Source: Myxococcota bacterium (GTDB lineage Bacteria; Myxococcota_A; Polyangia; Nannocystales; Nannocystaceae). From it: 64,000 bases of DNA. Shown here piece after piece: positions 18,268-27,525 of the stretch (the stretch's first letter is position 1; the number at the start of each line of letters is the position of its first letter). Made by a program: the position numbers and the translations under genes. The notes under the pieces were generated by a model. It saw only the letters and a program-made list of their open reading frames with translations. It was not told the origin of the DNA and did no database searches. Where the stretch lies: assembly GCA_039028615.1 (NCBI GenBank), contig JBCCHT010000009.1:192001-256000 (forward strand), in the 5' to 3' direction.

Positions 18268-19365
18268 ATGAACGCCCCCGCCGAAACCCCGCAGAGCGAT
18301 CGTCGGCTCTATGCCGCGCGACCGACGATCGTCGTCGGCGGGCGGCGGTTTCAGCGGTCCTCCGAGATGCTGCAGGCGATGCGCATGCGGGAGAACGAGG
18401 GCGGGATGTCGTCGCTGGAGCTGCGCTATAGCAACCTGGCCAGCCACCCCGACGGCAAGGCCTCGCTTGCCTTCGAGGACGAGCGGCAGCTCGAGCTCGG
18501 GGCGGAGGTCTCGGTTTACGGCGGCGACGAGGATCGGCCGACGGAGGTGTTTCGCGGCAAGATCACGGCCATCGAGGTCGAGTTCTCGCAGAGCAATCCC
18601 CCGGAGCTGGTCGTGTTGGCCGAGGACCAGCTGTTGGCCTCGCGGATGGAACGCCGCACCCACCTGCACGAGGGGACGACCCTGCGATCGGTCGCCCAGA
18701 CGGTGGCCACCCGCGCGGGCCTGCAGCTCCGAGTCTCGGGGTTCACGGAGTCGATCGGGACCTACCTGCAGCTCAACGAGAGCGACCTGGCGTTCTTGCG
18801 TCGGCTGCTGCGGGACTACGACGGCGACATGCAGGTGGTCGGTGACACGCTGCACGTCGCGACCAAGAACAGCGTCCAGCGGGAGTCCGTCACCTTGCGA
18901 TTGTTCAGTCAGCTGCTGAGCGCTCGGCTCACGGCCGACCTCGCGCATCAAGTCACCGAGGTCACGGTTGCGGGCTGGGACCCGGAGCTCGCCCAACGGG
19001 TCAGTCATGTCAGTCAGGGGCGTGCCCTGGGACCAGGGGCGGGTCGGACGGGCGCGCAGGTCCTCCAGGAGGCTTTTGGTCGTCGCTCTGAACACCTGGG
19101 GTGCACGCCCGTGCTCGATGCGGGCGAGGCCGAGGCCCGGGCGCATACGTCTTTCGACCAACGTGCTCGTCGGTTCGTCGTCGCCGAGTGCACGGCGAAC
19201 GGGAACCCCTCGATCCGCGTGGGAGCCCACGTGACGCTGGCGGGTGTCAGCCCACGCTTCGACAACACCTACTACGTATTCGACGTTTGCCATCGCTTCG
19301 ACCTTCGCGCTGGCTACTTCACCGACTTCCAAGCGGAGTGCGCCTACTTCGGAGCACCGAGATGA
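18268..19365 (+). CDS. Baseplate hub (phage late control D / gp27-like, N-terminal half of VgrG/Afp8)
   Basis: FRGKITAIE, QLNESDLAFLRRL, VTEVTVAGWDP, GNPSIRVG, GVSPRFDNTYYV. Confidence 0.92.
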   Translation: MNAPAETPQSDRRLYAARPTIVVGGRRFQRSSEMLQAMRMRENEGGMSSLELRYSNLASHPDGKASLAFEDERQLELGAEVSVYGGDEDRPTEVFRGKITAIEVEFSQSNPPELVVLAEDQLLASRMERRTHLHEGTTLRSVAQTVATRAGLQLRVSGFTESIGTYLQLNESDLAFLRRLLRDYDGDMQVVGDTLHVATKNSVQRESVTLRLFSQLLSARLTADLAHQVTEVTVAGWDPELAQRVSHVSQGRALGPGAGRTGAQVLQEAFGRRSEHLGCTPVLDAGEAEARAHTSFDQRARRFVVAECTANGNPSIRVGAHVTLAGVSPRFDNTYYVFDVCHRFDLRAGYFTDFQAECAYFGAPR

Positions 19366-20042
19366 AGACCACGCAGCCCACCTCCGCTTCCCATCACCAC
19401 TTGGCCGAAGTCGTCTCGGTCGGCGACGTGTCGTCCAAGGGGAAGATTCGCGTGCGCTTGCTGACCCACGACGGCTCCGCCACGCAGAACGCTCCGATCG
19501 ATGCACGGCTGTGCGTGCCCTTTGCGGGAGGGGATCGAGGCGCATTCATGGTGCCCGACGTGGGCGACGAGGTCTTGGTGGCGTTCGTCGGAGGAGACCC
19601 GCGGCAGGCGGTGGTCGTCGGTGGGATGTGGAATGGGCAGAACACTCCCGGCGAGGACATTCAGGGAGATCGGGTCGATCGTTGGAGCTTCATCGGCAAA
19701 AAAGGCACTCGCATCGCGATCGTGGAAGAAGGCGGTGGGGCTCGCATCGAGCTACAGGCTCGCTCCGGCCGGAGTTCGAAGGCTTCGTGCGTCATCGATC
19801 GCAACGGCTCCATTCGGCTCTACGCGGGAGGCACGACCCTGGTCCTCGACGGCGCTGGGATGCGGCTCGAGACCTCGGGCGCCTGTGACCTGCAGTCTAC
19901 GGCCATGACGGTGACGGCGGCGACCATGACCGTCGATACCGCATTCACCAGCTTCTCCGGCTTCGTCGATGTCAGCGGCCCGGTGCAGTCGCCCGCCATC
20001 TTGGGCCAGAGCTACACACCCGGAGCGGGCAACGTATGGTAG
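19362..20042 (+). CDS. Spike protein (gpV / gp5 OB-fold plus short beta-helix)
   Basis: AGGDRGAFMVPDVGDEVLVAFVGGDP..VVVGGMWNG; ATG 19362 overlaps the hub stop; ends ...SYTPGAGNVW. Confidence 0.92.
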   Translation: MKTTQPTSASHHHLAEVVSVGDVSSKGKIRVRLLTHDGSATQNAPIDARLCVPFAGGDRGAFMVPDVGDEVLVAFVGGDPRQAVVVGGMWNGQNTPGEDIQGDRVDRWSFIGKKGTRIAIVEEGGGARIELQARSGRSSKASCVIDRNGSIRLYAGGTTLVLDGAGMRLETSGACDLQSTAMTVTAATMTVDTAFTSFSGFVDVSGPVQSPAILGQSYTPGAGNVW

Positions 20043-21565
20043 CGCACCGCATCGCGCTGGGAGGCCCCCGTCTATTCGGTGGGGCAGATCGCCCGGTCTT
20101 GCTCGAGCGGTCCGACGCTCGCTTCATCGCGAACCTTCGCGAAGAGCTGGCCGATCGCAAGCGGCACCGAGAGGTTCGCTCGACGCGGGTTCGACCTCGG
20201 GACTCGGGAGAGCTGCGCCTCTACCAGCCGATGCATCGCGTGTTCCATCTCGCGTTGGTCGCGGCGACTTGCGACGAGCCCACTCGGCCGCGCTTGGATC
20301 CGCTGAAGGTCGACAGTGCGGGATTGGTGATCCGACGCCTCGCACGAGGTTCCGATGGCCAGATGCGGGAGCAGGCCTGGCTGACGACCGATGATCGTTC
20401 TCATTGGGGGCCGCCCGAACTCTGGGATCCGCAGCGGCGAGAGGAACGAAGCCATCCCGGCCCCGGCTTGGTTCATGCCGACCCCGATCCCGATCGCCGC
20501 CCGCGTTGGAGTGCGGGGCGACCCGAGCTCGATGCGCTGCTGTCCACCATGCGCCGTACCGGGTCATCACGTCGCGAGTCGGTGACCCCGTTGTTTCCGT
20601 TGTCGCCGACCGAGGCCGCCGGGGCCAACGAGACGTTGCTGTTCGGCTTGGTCAACACCGCGTCCTCGGAGACCGAGAGCACGTCTTCACTGCCGACGCC
20701 GAGCCTGCAGGAACTCGAGGACGCGGGCTTCTTTCCCCGGGCGTTCACGGAGACCGAGTCGTGGGAGCCGCCGAGCCCAGGTCTGGCCATCGACGACCCG
20801 CGCGCCGTAGGGCTGGATGCCTACCGGGCCATGATCCAGACCATCGTCGTCACTTTCGATCTGGAGGGTGAAGGCCAAGCGTCACTGCGGCTGCAGGGGC
20901 TGCTGGAGGCCTTGGAGGTCGAGCTCGAGGACGGTCGCCGAGTCACGGTCCTCGAACATGTACGCAGCGCGGCGAAGGTCCTGGTCCACGGGAACACGGC
21001 CGAGAGCTTCGAGATGCCGCACCGTTGGCCTGCCATCTCCAAGCGAACCCGCCGAGCACTGCTCGATGCTGCATGGGAGGCTACGCAGGCACGGTTCGCG
21101 AGCGCTCGAGCGGGCCGGTCGCGCTATGGCGATCGCGATGCCCAGTACGTGGTGCGGACCTTCGTTCGGGTTCGCCGCGAGGACGGATGCCCGCCGGACC
21201 TCGTGTGGTCCGAACCTTCGGCTCCCTTCGAGATCGCGGCTTGGTTCGAGGGATCCCCTGCGCCGAAGCGCATCATCGAGCTCCCCGATCCTCTGAACGG
21301 AGGCTTGGCGGCGATCAAGCCGAGTGTTGCGTTCTCCGTGCCGTCGTCGTTCTCCAACTTTCTCGGTGGCAACTCCGAAGAGGACATCCTGACCGGCAAC
21401 GCCAGCGAAGGTTCGGGCCCCGGCTTCGGGTTCTTGTGTGCATGGAGCATTCCCATCGTGACGCTGTGCGCGTTCGCGATGCTCACCATCATCGTCAATC
21501 TCCTCAACTGGGTGTTCTGGTGGCTGCCGTTCGTGAAGATCTGCATCCCCATCAAGACCAAGTGA
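20036..21565 (+). CDS. Hypothetical protein with a C-terminal hydrophobic (membrane) tail, between spike and gp25
   Basis: 509 aa; overlaps the spike stop; ends GFGFLCAWSIPIVTLCAFAMLTIIVNLLNWVFWWLPFVKICIPIKTK. Confidence 0.8.
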   Translation: MVAHRIALGGPRLFGGADRPVLLERSDARFIANLREELADRKRHREVRSTRVRPRDSGELRLYQPMHRVFHLALVAATCDEPTRPRLDPLKVDSAGLVIRRLARGSDGQMREQAWLTTDDRSHWGPPELWDPQRREERSHPGPGLVHADPDPDRRPRWSAGRPELDALLSTMRRTGSSRRESVTPLFPLSPTEAAGANETLLFGLVNTASSETESTSSLPTPSLQELEDAGFFPRAFTETESWEPPSPGLAIDDPRAVGLDAYRAMIQTIVVTFDLEGEGQASLRLQGLLEALEVELEDGRRVTVLEHVRSAAKVLVHGNTAESFEMPHRWPAISKRTRRALLDAAWEATQARFASARAGRSRYGDRDAQYVVRTFVRVRREDGCPPDLVWSEPSAPFEIAAWFEGSPAPKRIIELPDPLNGGLAAIKPSVAFSVPSSFSNFLGGNSEEDILTGNASEGSGPGFGFLCAWSIPIVTLCAFAMLTIIVNLLNWVFWWLPFVKICIPIKTK

Positions 21566-21572
21566 ACGCATC

Positions 21573-21962
21573 GTGAATCGTCGAGCACCACTCAGCTGGC
21601 CGTTGCTGCCCAGGCCCGATGCCGCGGGGCGGCTGCAGTTCCCCGCTTCGCTGGATGTCAGCGTGCAGGAGCGCATTCGTGTGTTGTTGAGCGTGCGGCC
21701 AGGGGAGCTGATGTTCCATCCCGAGTTCGGGGCGGGGCTGGACGAGCTGCTGGCCGAGCCCAATACGCTGGAGCTGCGCCGCGAGGTTCACGACCGCATC
21801 ACGGAGAGCCTGCGTCGCTGGGAGCCGCGGATCGATGTCGAGCGCGTCGATGTCGAGGAGATCGTCGGTCGCCCTACGCAGATTCGTGTGCGTATTTCGT
21901 ACCGCCTGCGGCGAACCGGTGCCCTCGCGAGCCTCGGGCTGACTCTGGAGACTGGGAGCTGA
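21573..21962 (+). CDS. GPW/gp25 family baseplate wedge protein (Afp9)
   Basis: IRVLLSVRPGELMFHPEFGAGL, LRRWEPRIDV. Confidence 0.95.
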   Translation: MNRRAPLSWPLLPRPDAAGRLQFPASLDVSVQERIRVLLSVRPGELMFHPEFGAGLDELLAEPNTLELRREVHDRITESLRRWEPRIDVERVDVEEIVGRPTQIRVRISYRLRRTGALASLGLTLETGS

Positions 21963-21965
21963 CCA

Positions 21966-24200
21966 ATGCCGATCAATCCGCCACGTCTCGATGATCGAGG
22001 GTTCGACGACCTCGTCGCGGAACTCGTTGCACGCGTCCCCGCTCACACTCCGGAGTGGGCGCCCCAGGTGGGTGATCCGGGACGAACCCTGATCGACCTG
22101 TTCGCGTGGCTCGGCGACACGATCTTGTATCGAGCCAACCTGATCCCGGAGCGCCAGCGGCTCGTGTTCCTCAAGCTGCTCGGGATGCAGCTGCGTCCGG
22201 CCGTTCCTGCTCGGGGGATCGTGGCCCTGGGCCTCAATCCCGATGACACGGAAACGGTGACGGTGGTGCCCGGAGCGACGGTGACGGGTCCTCCCGACTT
22301 CGAGACCCACCGAGAGGTCACCGTCCTGCCCTTCGAGACGAGGGTCTACGCCAAGCGCAGAGTGGACGCTCTGCAGAACGAGAGGATGGAAGACGTCCTG
22401 CGGGGGATGATGGCCGTCTATCGGGCGGTCAACCCCGACGGCGACGCCGACTCGAAGCCGGTTGGCTACCACACGACCGAGGTCTTCCCCGAAGGCGCGG
22501 CCGCGATCGAGAGCTTCGATGTCGTCCGCGACACGGTGGATAACGCGCTGTGGATCGCATTGCTGGCGCCGTCACCCGAGGACGTCGTGCCCGTTCGCGC
22601 GAGTCTCATCGACGGCATCGATGGTCGGCCCTTCACGCTCAATATGGGAGTGGTGCCCGAGGTCGCCCCGGTCGATCGTCTCGAGGACCTTCGCGAGCGA
22701 CGACCACGGCGGACGGTGTTCGAACTGCTCACCACCGAGACGATCGGTGGTCGCAGCGTGTTCACGGTGCTGGACACTCGCTCGGATACCACCCGAGGCC
22801 TGCGGCGCGACGGGGTCATGGAACTCACGTTCTCGGTGCCGAGCTTCGGTGTGCCGAGCAACGACGTCGCGTCGACACCCTGGGCGGGGATGGGCGATCT
22901 GCCGCCGCGCATCGATGTCCCCGAGGACGCCGCCCGAGTGGTCGGCTGGCTTCGCTTTCGACCGACCGAGCCGCTCAACGAGCTGGCGGTGCAATGGATG
23001 GGGGGGCACGCGGTGGAAGTCGAGCAGACGCGCTCGGTGATCAACCTGGTGGTGGGCACGAGCAACGGGGCTGCCGATCAAGTCGTGTCTCTCGGGGCCA
23101 CTTCGGTCGATCCGCTCACCTTCGATCTCCAGATCCGGGACGAAGACGGCCGCTACGTGTCGTGGCGACGGGTCGACGATCTGCTCGCGGCCGGGCGAGA
23201 CGACCAGGTGTTCGTGCTCGACTCCGAGGCGGGCGCGGTCCGCTTTGGCGACGACGTCCGCGGCAAGATCCCGCCGGTCGGAGCTCGTGTTCGGGTCGGG
23301 ACGATGAAGGCCGGGGGCGGGAAGGCGGGCAACGTGCCAGCCAACACCTTGCGTGAGCTCCACGGCAAGGACCCCACGGGAGCCAACGTCAAGTCGCTGC
23401 GGGTCCTACAACCTCTGCCTGCGCGCGGTGGCGTCGAGGCGGAGACCTTGGTGCAGGCCGAGCGAAGGATCCCCGCGACGTTGCGCCATCGCAATCGGGC
23501 GGTGACGGAAAACGACTACCGGGCTCTCGCGGCGACGGTGCCGGGAGTGAAGGTGGGGCGCGTCGAGATCCTGCCTCGCTTCAAGCCGCACCAGCGTCGA
23601 CACAACGTGCCCGGGGTCGTGACGGTGATGGCCATCCCCTCGGTGGCTCGTGGTGATCTTCGAGCCCCGACTCCCCGGGGTGATCGGCACTTCATCGAGA
23701 GCGTGCACGCGTGGCTCGACGAGCGGCGCGCAGTGGGGACCGAGCTTTATGTCATCAACCCCGAATACGTTCCGATCGCGATCAGCGTAGGCGTCGAGCT
23801 GCGGCACGGGTTCGCGGTCGAGCAGACGCTGGCGGCGGTTCGGCTGTCGTTGCGATCGTTCTTCTGGCCACTGCCACCGCGGGGCCCGGGTCGGCGTGGC
23901 TGGCCCCTGGGCACGACGGTCTCTGCGGCCCAAGCCGAAGTGGCGGTGGCACGTACACCCGGTGTCTCGCTCATCCGCGGGCTGCGGCTGTTCTCACGTG
24001 ACGAGCAGTGGGAGGCGGTCGATCGAGGCGAGCTTCGGCTACAGCCCTGGCAGCTCCCCGAGCTGATGCATGTGGTGGCGGTGAGCAGCGCCGAAGCACC
24101 TGCGGATCCCCGCGCCATTCCCGATGCGTTCGCCGGCTCGACGACAGGTGCGGGCACGCGACCGTCGATCTTCGTTCCTCTCGTCCCGGAGGTGTGCTGA
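21966..24200 (+). CDS. Baseplate J-like assembly protein (Afp11)
   Basis: PRLDDRGFDDLV, PEW..GDPGRTLIDLFAW, FGDDVRGKIPP, GGGKAGNV, RAVTENDY, GWPLG. Confidence 0.95.
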   Translation: MPINPPRLDDRGFDDLVAELVARVPAHTPEWAPQVGDPGRTLIDLFAWLGDTILYRANLIPERQRLVFLKLLGMQLRPAVPARGIVALGLNPDDTETVTVVPGATVTGPPDFETHREVTVLPFETRVYAKRRVDALQNERMEDVLRGMMAVYRAVNPDGDADSKPVGYHTTEVFPEGAAAIESFDVVRDTVDNALWIALLAPSPEDVVPVRASLIDGIDGRPFTLNMGVVPEVAPVDRLEDLRERRPRRTVFELLTTETIGGRSVFTVLDTRSDTTRGLRRDGVMELTFSVPSFGVPSNDVASTPWAGMGDLPPRIDVPEDAARVVGWLRFRPTEPLNELAVQWMGGHAVEVEQTRSVINLVVGTSNGAADQVVSLGATSVDPLTFDLQIRDEDGRYVSWRRVDDLLAAGRDDQVFVLDSEAGAVRFGDDVRGKIPPVGARVRVGTMKAGGGKAGNVPANTLRELHGKDPTGANVKSLRVLQPLPARGGVEAETLVQAERRIPATLRHRNRAVTENDYRALAATVPGVKVGRVEILPRFKPHQRRHNVPGVVTVMAIPSVARGDLRAPTPRGDRHFIESVHAWLDERRAVGTELYVINPEYVPIAISVGVELRHGFAVEQTLAAVRLSLRSFFWPLPPRGPGRRGWPLGTTVSAAQAEVAVARTPGVSLIRGLRLFSRDEQWEAVDRGELRLQPWQLPELMHVVAVSSAEAPADPRAIPDAFAGSTTGAGTRPSIFVPLVPEVC

Positions 24201-24201
24201 G

Positions 24202-26607
24202 GTGGATGCGAACGGGCAGCGCTTCTGGTCGTTGGCGGGCGAGCAGGCGTGGGTGCGACAGGGGGCTCCGCCTCCGGTCCACGACAGCGAGCGCCGGACC
24301 TTTCGACTGGGCAGCCATCGCGAGCTTGGTTTTACCGAGTCGCCCGACGAAGCCGAGGAGCGTCGGGGGCGGCCGCGTATGACCCACGACCGGCATGGCA
24401 CCCATGCGTTCGTCGACCCCGTTACCAACGAGATCCATGGGGCGGGAGCGCTGTCCGGGAGCGTCGTGCTCCACGCGCCGGACGATCCGGTGATCGACGT
24501 CGCCGTCGGCTACGACGAAGTCCTCTATTTCATCGAGGAGGCCGAGGTCTGGCTCGTGGACTTGCGGGGTCGCTGGGACGCCGTCGCCGTGTCGCTGCCC
24601 GACTTTGCACCGAGCCGCTTGGCGGCTCGCCCCGAGGGCGGCGTCTGGGTCCTCGACCGTAATGACCAGCAGCTCGCTCGGGTGACCGGTGTTCCCCTGC
24701 CTCGCGAAGGAGCCCGAGAGCGCTCGGACCTGCTCTTCGATCCAAAAGAGGAGAACCCCCGTCCTCCTCGGATGGTCCGGGTCGATCTCGGGTCGACAGA
24801 TGCGGAAGAAGCCATCGACATTGCGACGAACTCGCGGGGGCGTACGGTGTTGTTGTCGTGGGAAGCGGATGCGTCGTCCGTGCGCTTTGTCGCCTCGGAC
24901 GGTTCGTTGGGGCCACGCCAATTGCTCGACGGCATCGAGCGGCCATTTTCCATCGGGTTCGTGGATGTCGACACCTTGGCCGTGCTGGTGGCGGCGTTGC
25001 ATACCGAAGCCGAGGGCGGGCCGCTCGTCCCGGGCGGGACGCAAGTCGTGACCTACGACGGAGGCCCGAGCGACGAGGCGGGGTCGCGACTCCCTCTGGG
25101 AGGCACCTATCCCTTGCTCGGCCACGATGGTGGTCCGTTCGCCCGTGGCCTCGACGAGCCCGTACGCTACGGCGTGACGGGCAGTGAGCCGGTCGCTCCC
25201 GCGCCGCGGCGCTTGATTCAGATCGCCGCCCCGCGACACGCGATGACGGGCAACCTGGTGACCCCACCAGGGGCTCCGCTCGATGGGGGCCGCGAGGGGT
25301 TCGAGTGGCATCGCGCCTACGTCGAGGCTCACTTTCCTCCCGGCTGTGGCCTGCGGCTGTACGTGCGGGCAAGCGACGAGCCGGTCGAACCCGCCGAGGA
25401 GCACGAGCATGTGTTCGGTGACGTCGAGCCTGCTCCTGGCCTGCCCCACGGCATCTGGTCGACGATGGCCTCGGAACTGCCCTTTCACGATGGGGTCTTG
25501 CCTTGTCCGCTCGAGCCGCACCGAGCGGGCTTGTTCACGGTGCTGCTGCAACGAACGGGGCGAGCGGTCACGGCCATTCGCGGTCGGTACCTATGGGTGA
25601 GGGTGGAACTCGTCGGAGATGGGCGGCTCGGACCCGAGCTGGCGGCGGTCCGGATCTACGGCTCCCGATTCTCCCACGTGGAGAACTATCTGCCGCGCAT
25701 CTACCACGACAACCGCTTCGGAACCGATGCCGACGCGCCTGGGGCCGCGTCCCCGGCCGACTTTCTCGAGCGCTTCGTCGGCAACTTCGAGGGGGTGCTG
25801 ACCACCCTCGAAGATCGAATCGCCAACGCTCATCTGCTCACCGACCCGCAGACGTGCCCCGAGGACGCCCTGGGGTGGCTGAGTTCCTGGGTCGGTCTGG
25901 TCTTCGACGCCGCGTACCCGGCCGAGCGACGACGAGTGGCTATCGAGCACGCCATGGCGCTGCATCGCTGGAGGGGGACTGCCCGTGGTCTCCGCATGGC
26001 GATCGACTTGCTCACCGGCGGTGCGGTCGAGCGCGGGAAGGTCGTCATCTTGGAGGGGTGGAGGTTGAGACGGACCTTCGCGACGATCCTCGGAGCCGAC
26101 CTCGCCGATGAGGACGACCCGCTATTGGGGGGCGTCGTTCAGAGCGGAAACTCGGTCGTCGGAGACAGCCTCATCCTGGGTGACGACTTCCGCCGGGAGT
26201 TCGTCGCGCTGTTTCGCGAGAACCTGCCCGAGCGGCCGAGTGGTTCGACCCTCGACGAGTGGATTCAGTGGATGGTCGAGCGCTACATCGATCCACATGT
26301 GGTCGACGCGTTCTTCGATCGACTCGCCCACCGCCTGACGATCCTGGTCCACGCCGAGGACACCGAGCTGCTGACGTCGTTGCGAAAAATCGTCGAGCTG
26401 GAGACTCCGGCTCACCTCGAGACGGAAGTCGTCTCGGCCCCCTATCCCTTTCTCGTGGGGATGGCGTCGTTGGTGGGCGTCGACACGTTCCTGCGAGGCC
26501 CCGAGGAGCCGCCCGGCATCGTCGTCGGCGAGTCCCGAATCGGTGGCACCGGATTCCTCTCGAGGCCGGCGGCCCTCGACTCTCGCCTGGAAGGAGGCAC
26601 CACATGA
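24202..26607 (+). CDS. Phage tail protein (P2 gpI-like C-terminus) with a propeller-like N-terminus
   Basis: YLPRIYH, FLERFVGNFEG, DPQTCPEDALGWLSSWVG, RWRGTARGL, ETPAH; GTG at 24202. Confidence 0.85.
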   Translation: MDANGQRFWSLAGEQAWVRQGAPPPVHDSERRTFRLGSHRELGFTESPDEAEERRGRPRMTHDRHGTHAFVDPVTNEIHGAGALSGSVVLHAPDDPVIDVAVGYDEVLYFIEEAEVWLVDLRGRWDAVAVSLPDFAPSRLAARPEGGVWVLDRNDQQLARVTGVPLPREGARERSDLLFDPKEENPRPPRMVRVDLGSTDAEEAIDIATNSRGRTVLLSWEADASSVRFVASDGSLGPRQLLDGIERPFSIGFVDVDTLAVLVAALHTEAEGGPLVPGGTQVVTYDGGPSDEAGSRLPLGGTYPLLGHDGGPFARGLDEPVRYGVTGSEPVAPAPRRLIQIAAPRHAMTGNLVTPPGAPLDGGREGFEWHRAYVEAHFPPGCGLRLYVRASDEPVEPAEEHEHVFGDVEPAPGLPHGIWSTMASELPFHDGVLPCPLEPHRAGLFTVLLQRTGRAVTAIRGRYLWVRVELVGDGRLGPELAAVRIYGSRFSHVENYLPRIYHDNRFGTDADAPGAASPADFLERFVGNFEGVLTTLEDRIANAHLLTDPQTCPEDALGWLSSWVGLVFDAAYPAERRRVAIEHAMALHRWRGTARGLRMAIDLLTGGAVERGKVVILEGWRLRRTFATILGADLADEDDPLLGGVVQSGNSVVGDSLILGDDFRREFVALFRENLPERPSGSTLDEWIQWMVERYIDPHVVDAFFDRLAHRLTILVHAEDTELLTSLRKIVELETPAHLETEVVSAPYPFLVGMASLVGVDTFLRGPEEPPGIVVGESRIGGTGFLSRPAALDSRLEGGTT

Positions 26608-27512
26608 GCACACGCAAGGACCGCATCGCCGATCCCGAGTACGACCGACGCGATCGCGTCAACTATGCGGAAGGGGTCTTGCTCGACGCCCGCGACTTCG
26701 AAGACGAGCAGCTTTACCACCGGGCGACGTCCGCCCGGGCGTTGCAGTACCTGTTCGGTACCGGGACGGTCGCCGGTTTGGAGGTGACCTACAACCCGGC
26801 GACGGGGGAGATCGAGGTGGCACCGGGCCTTGCGATCGACCCTCTGGGTCGCTTGATCGAGCTGCCTCGCACCTGGTGCCTGGTGGTCGAGGACTGGTTC
26901 GACGCGCAACGAGACGAGGACCTGGCGCGATCGTGGATCGACGAAGGCGCTGGACCGGTCTTGGTCGCGGATGTCTTCATTCGATTCGTCGCGTGCGGTC
27001 GCGGAAAAACGCCGTCGTTTGCCACGGGGCCCTTCGATGCGCTCGATGCCGTCACGCCCTCCCGCGTCCGCGATGGGTTCGAACTCGCGTTGGTGGTGCG
27101 CCCCGAGACGGAGCGACGCAGAGAAGATCTGGCGGCCGGAGCCGACCCTCGAGAGATTCCACTGCCGAGCACCGAGGCGGAAGCGGCGGCCTTGGTCGAC
27201 CTCCCGGGCGCCGCCTTCGTGACGCAGATGCGACAACGAATCCTGTCCGCGTGGCGGGAAGGAACTCAGCACTGGACCGACGATCGCCCCCCGGCCCTGG
27301 TCGAACACCTCGAGTGGCGCACGCTCGTCGACGAAGTCGATCCCACGGCGGTGGGCCAGGATCCGACGTCCGTGCTCCTCGCTCGAACCACCATCCCCGT
27401 GACGGCGCCGGCGGCAGGTGGACCTCCCGGGTTCGTGTCTGCGGCCTTTGCCCCCGCAAACTTCGTGCGCCGCTTCGTCTATTGCCCGGGAGTCCTGACC
27501 CGAATCCCGTAG
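26604..27512 (+). CDS. Baseplate-anchor/tail-fibre N-terminal-domain protein 1
   Basis: RVNYAEGVLLDARDFEDEQLYHR...GTVAGLEV...VAPGLAIDPLGRLIEL; ATG 26604 after GGAGG. Confidence 0.8.
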   Translation: MSTRKDRIADPEYDRRDRVNYAEGVLLDARDFEDEQLYHRATSARALQYLFGTGTVAGLEVTYNPATGEIEVAPGLAIDPLGRLIELPRTWCLVVEDWFDAQRDEDLARSWIDEGAGPVLVADVFIRFVACGRGKTPSFATGPFDALDAVTPSRVRDGFELALVVRPETERRREDLAAGADPREIPLPSTEAEAAALVDLPGAAFVTQMRQRILSAWREGTQHWTDDRPPALVEHLEWRTLVDEVDPTAVGQDPTSVLLARTTIPVTAPAAGGPPGFVSAAFAPANFVRRFVYCPGVLTRIP

Positions 27513-27525
27513 GGAGACGCGTGCT

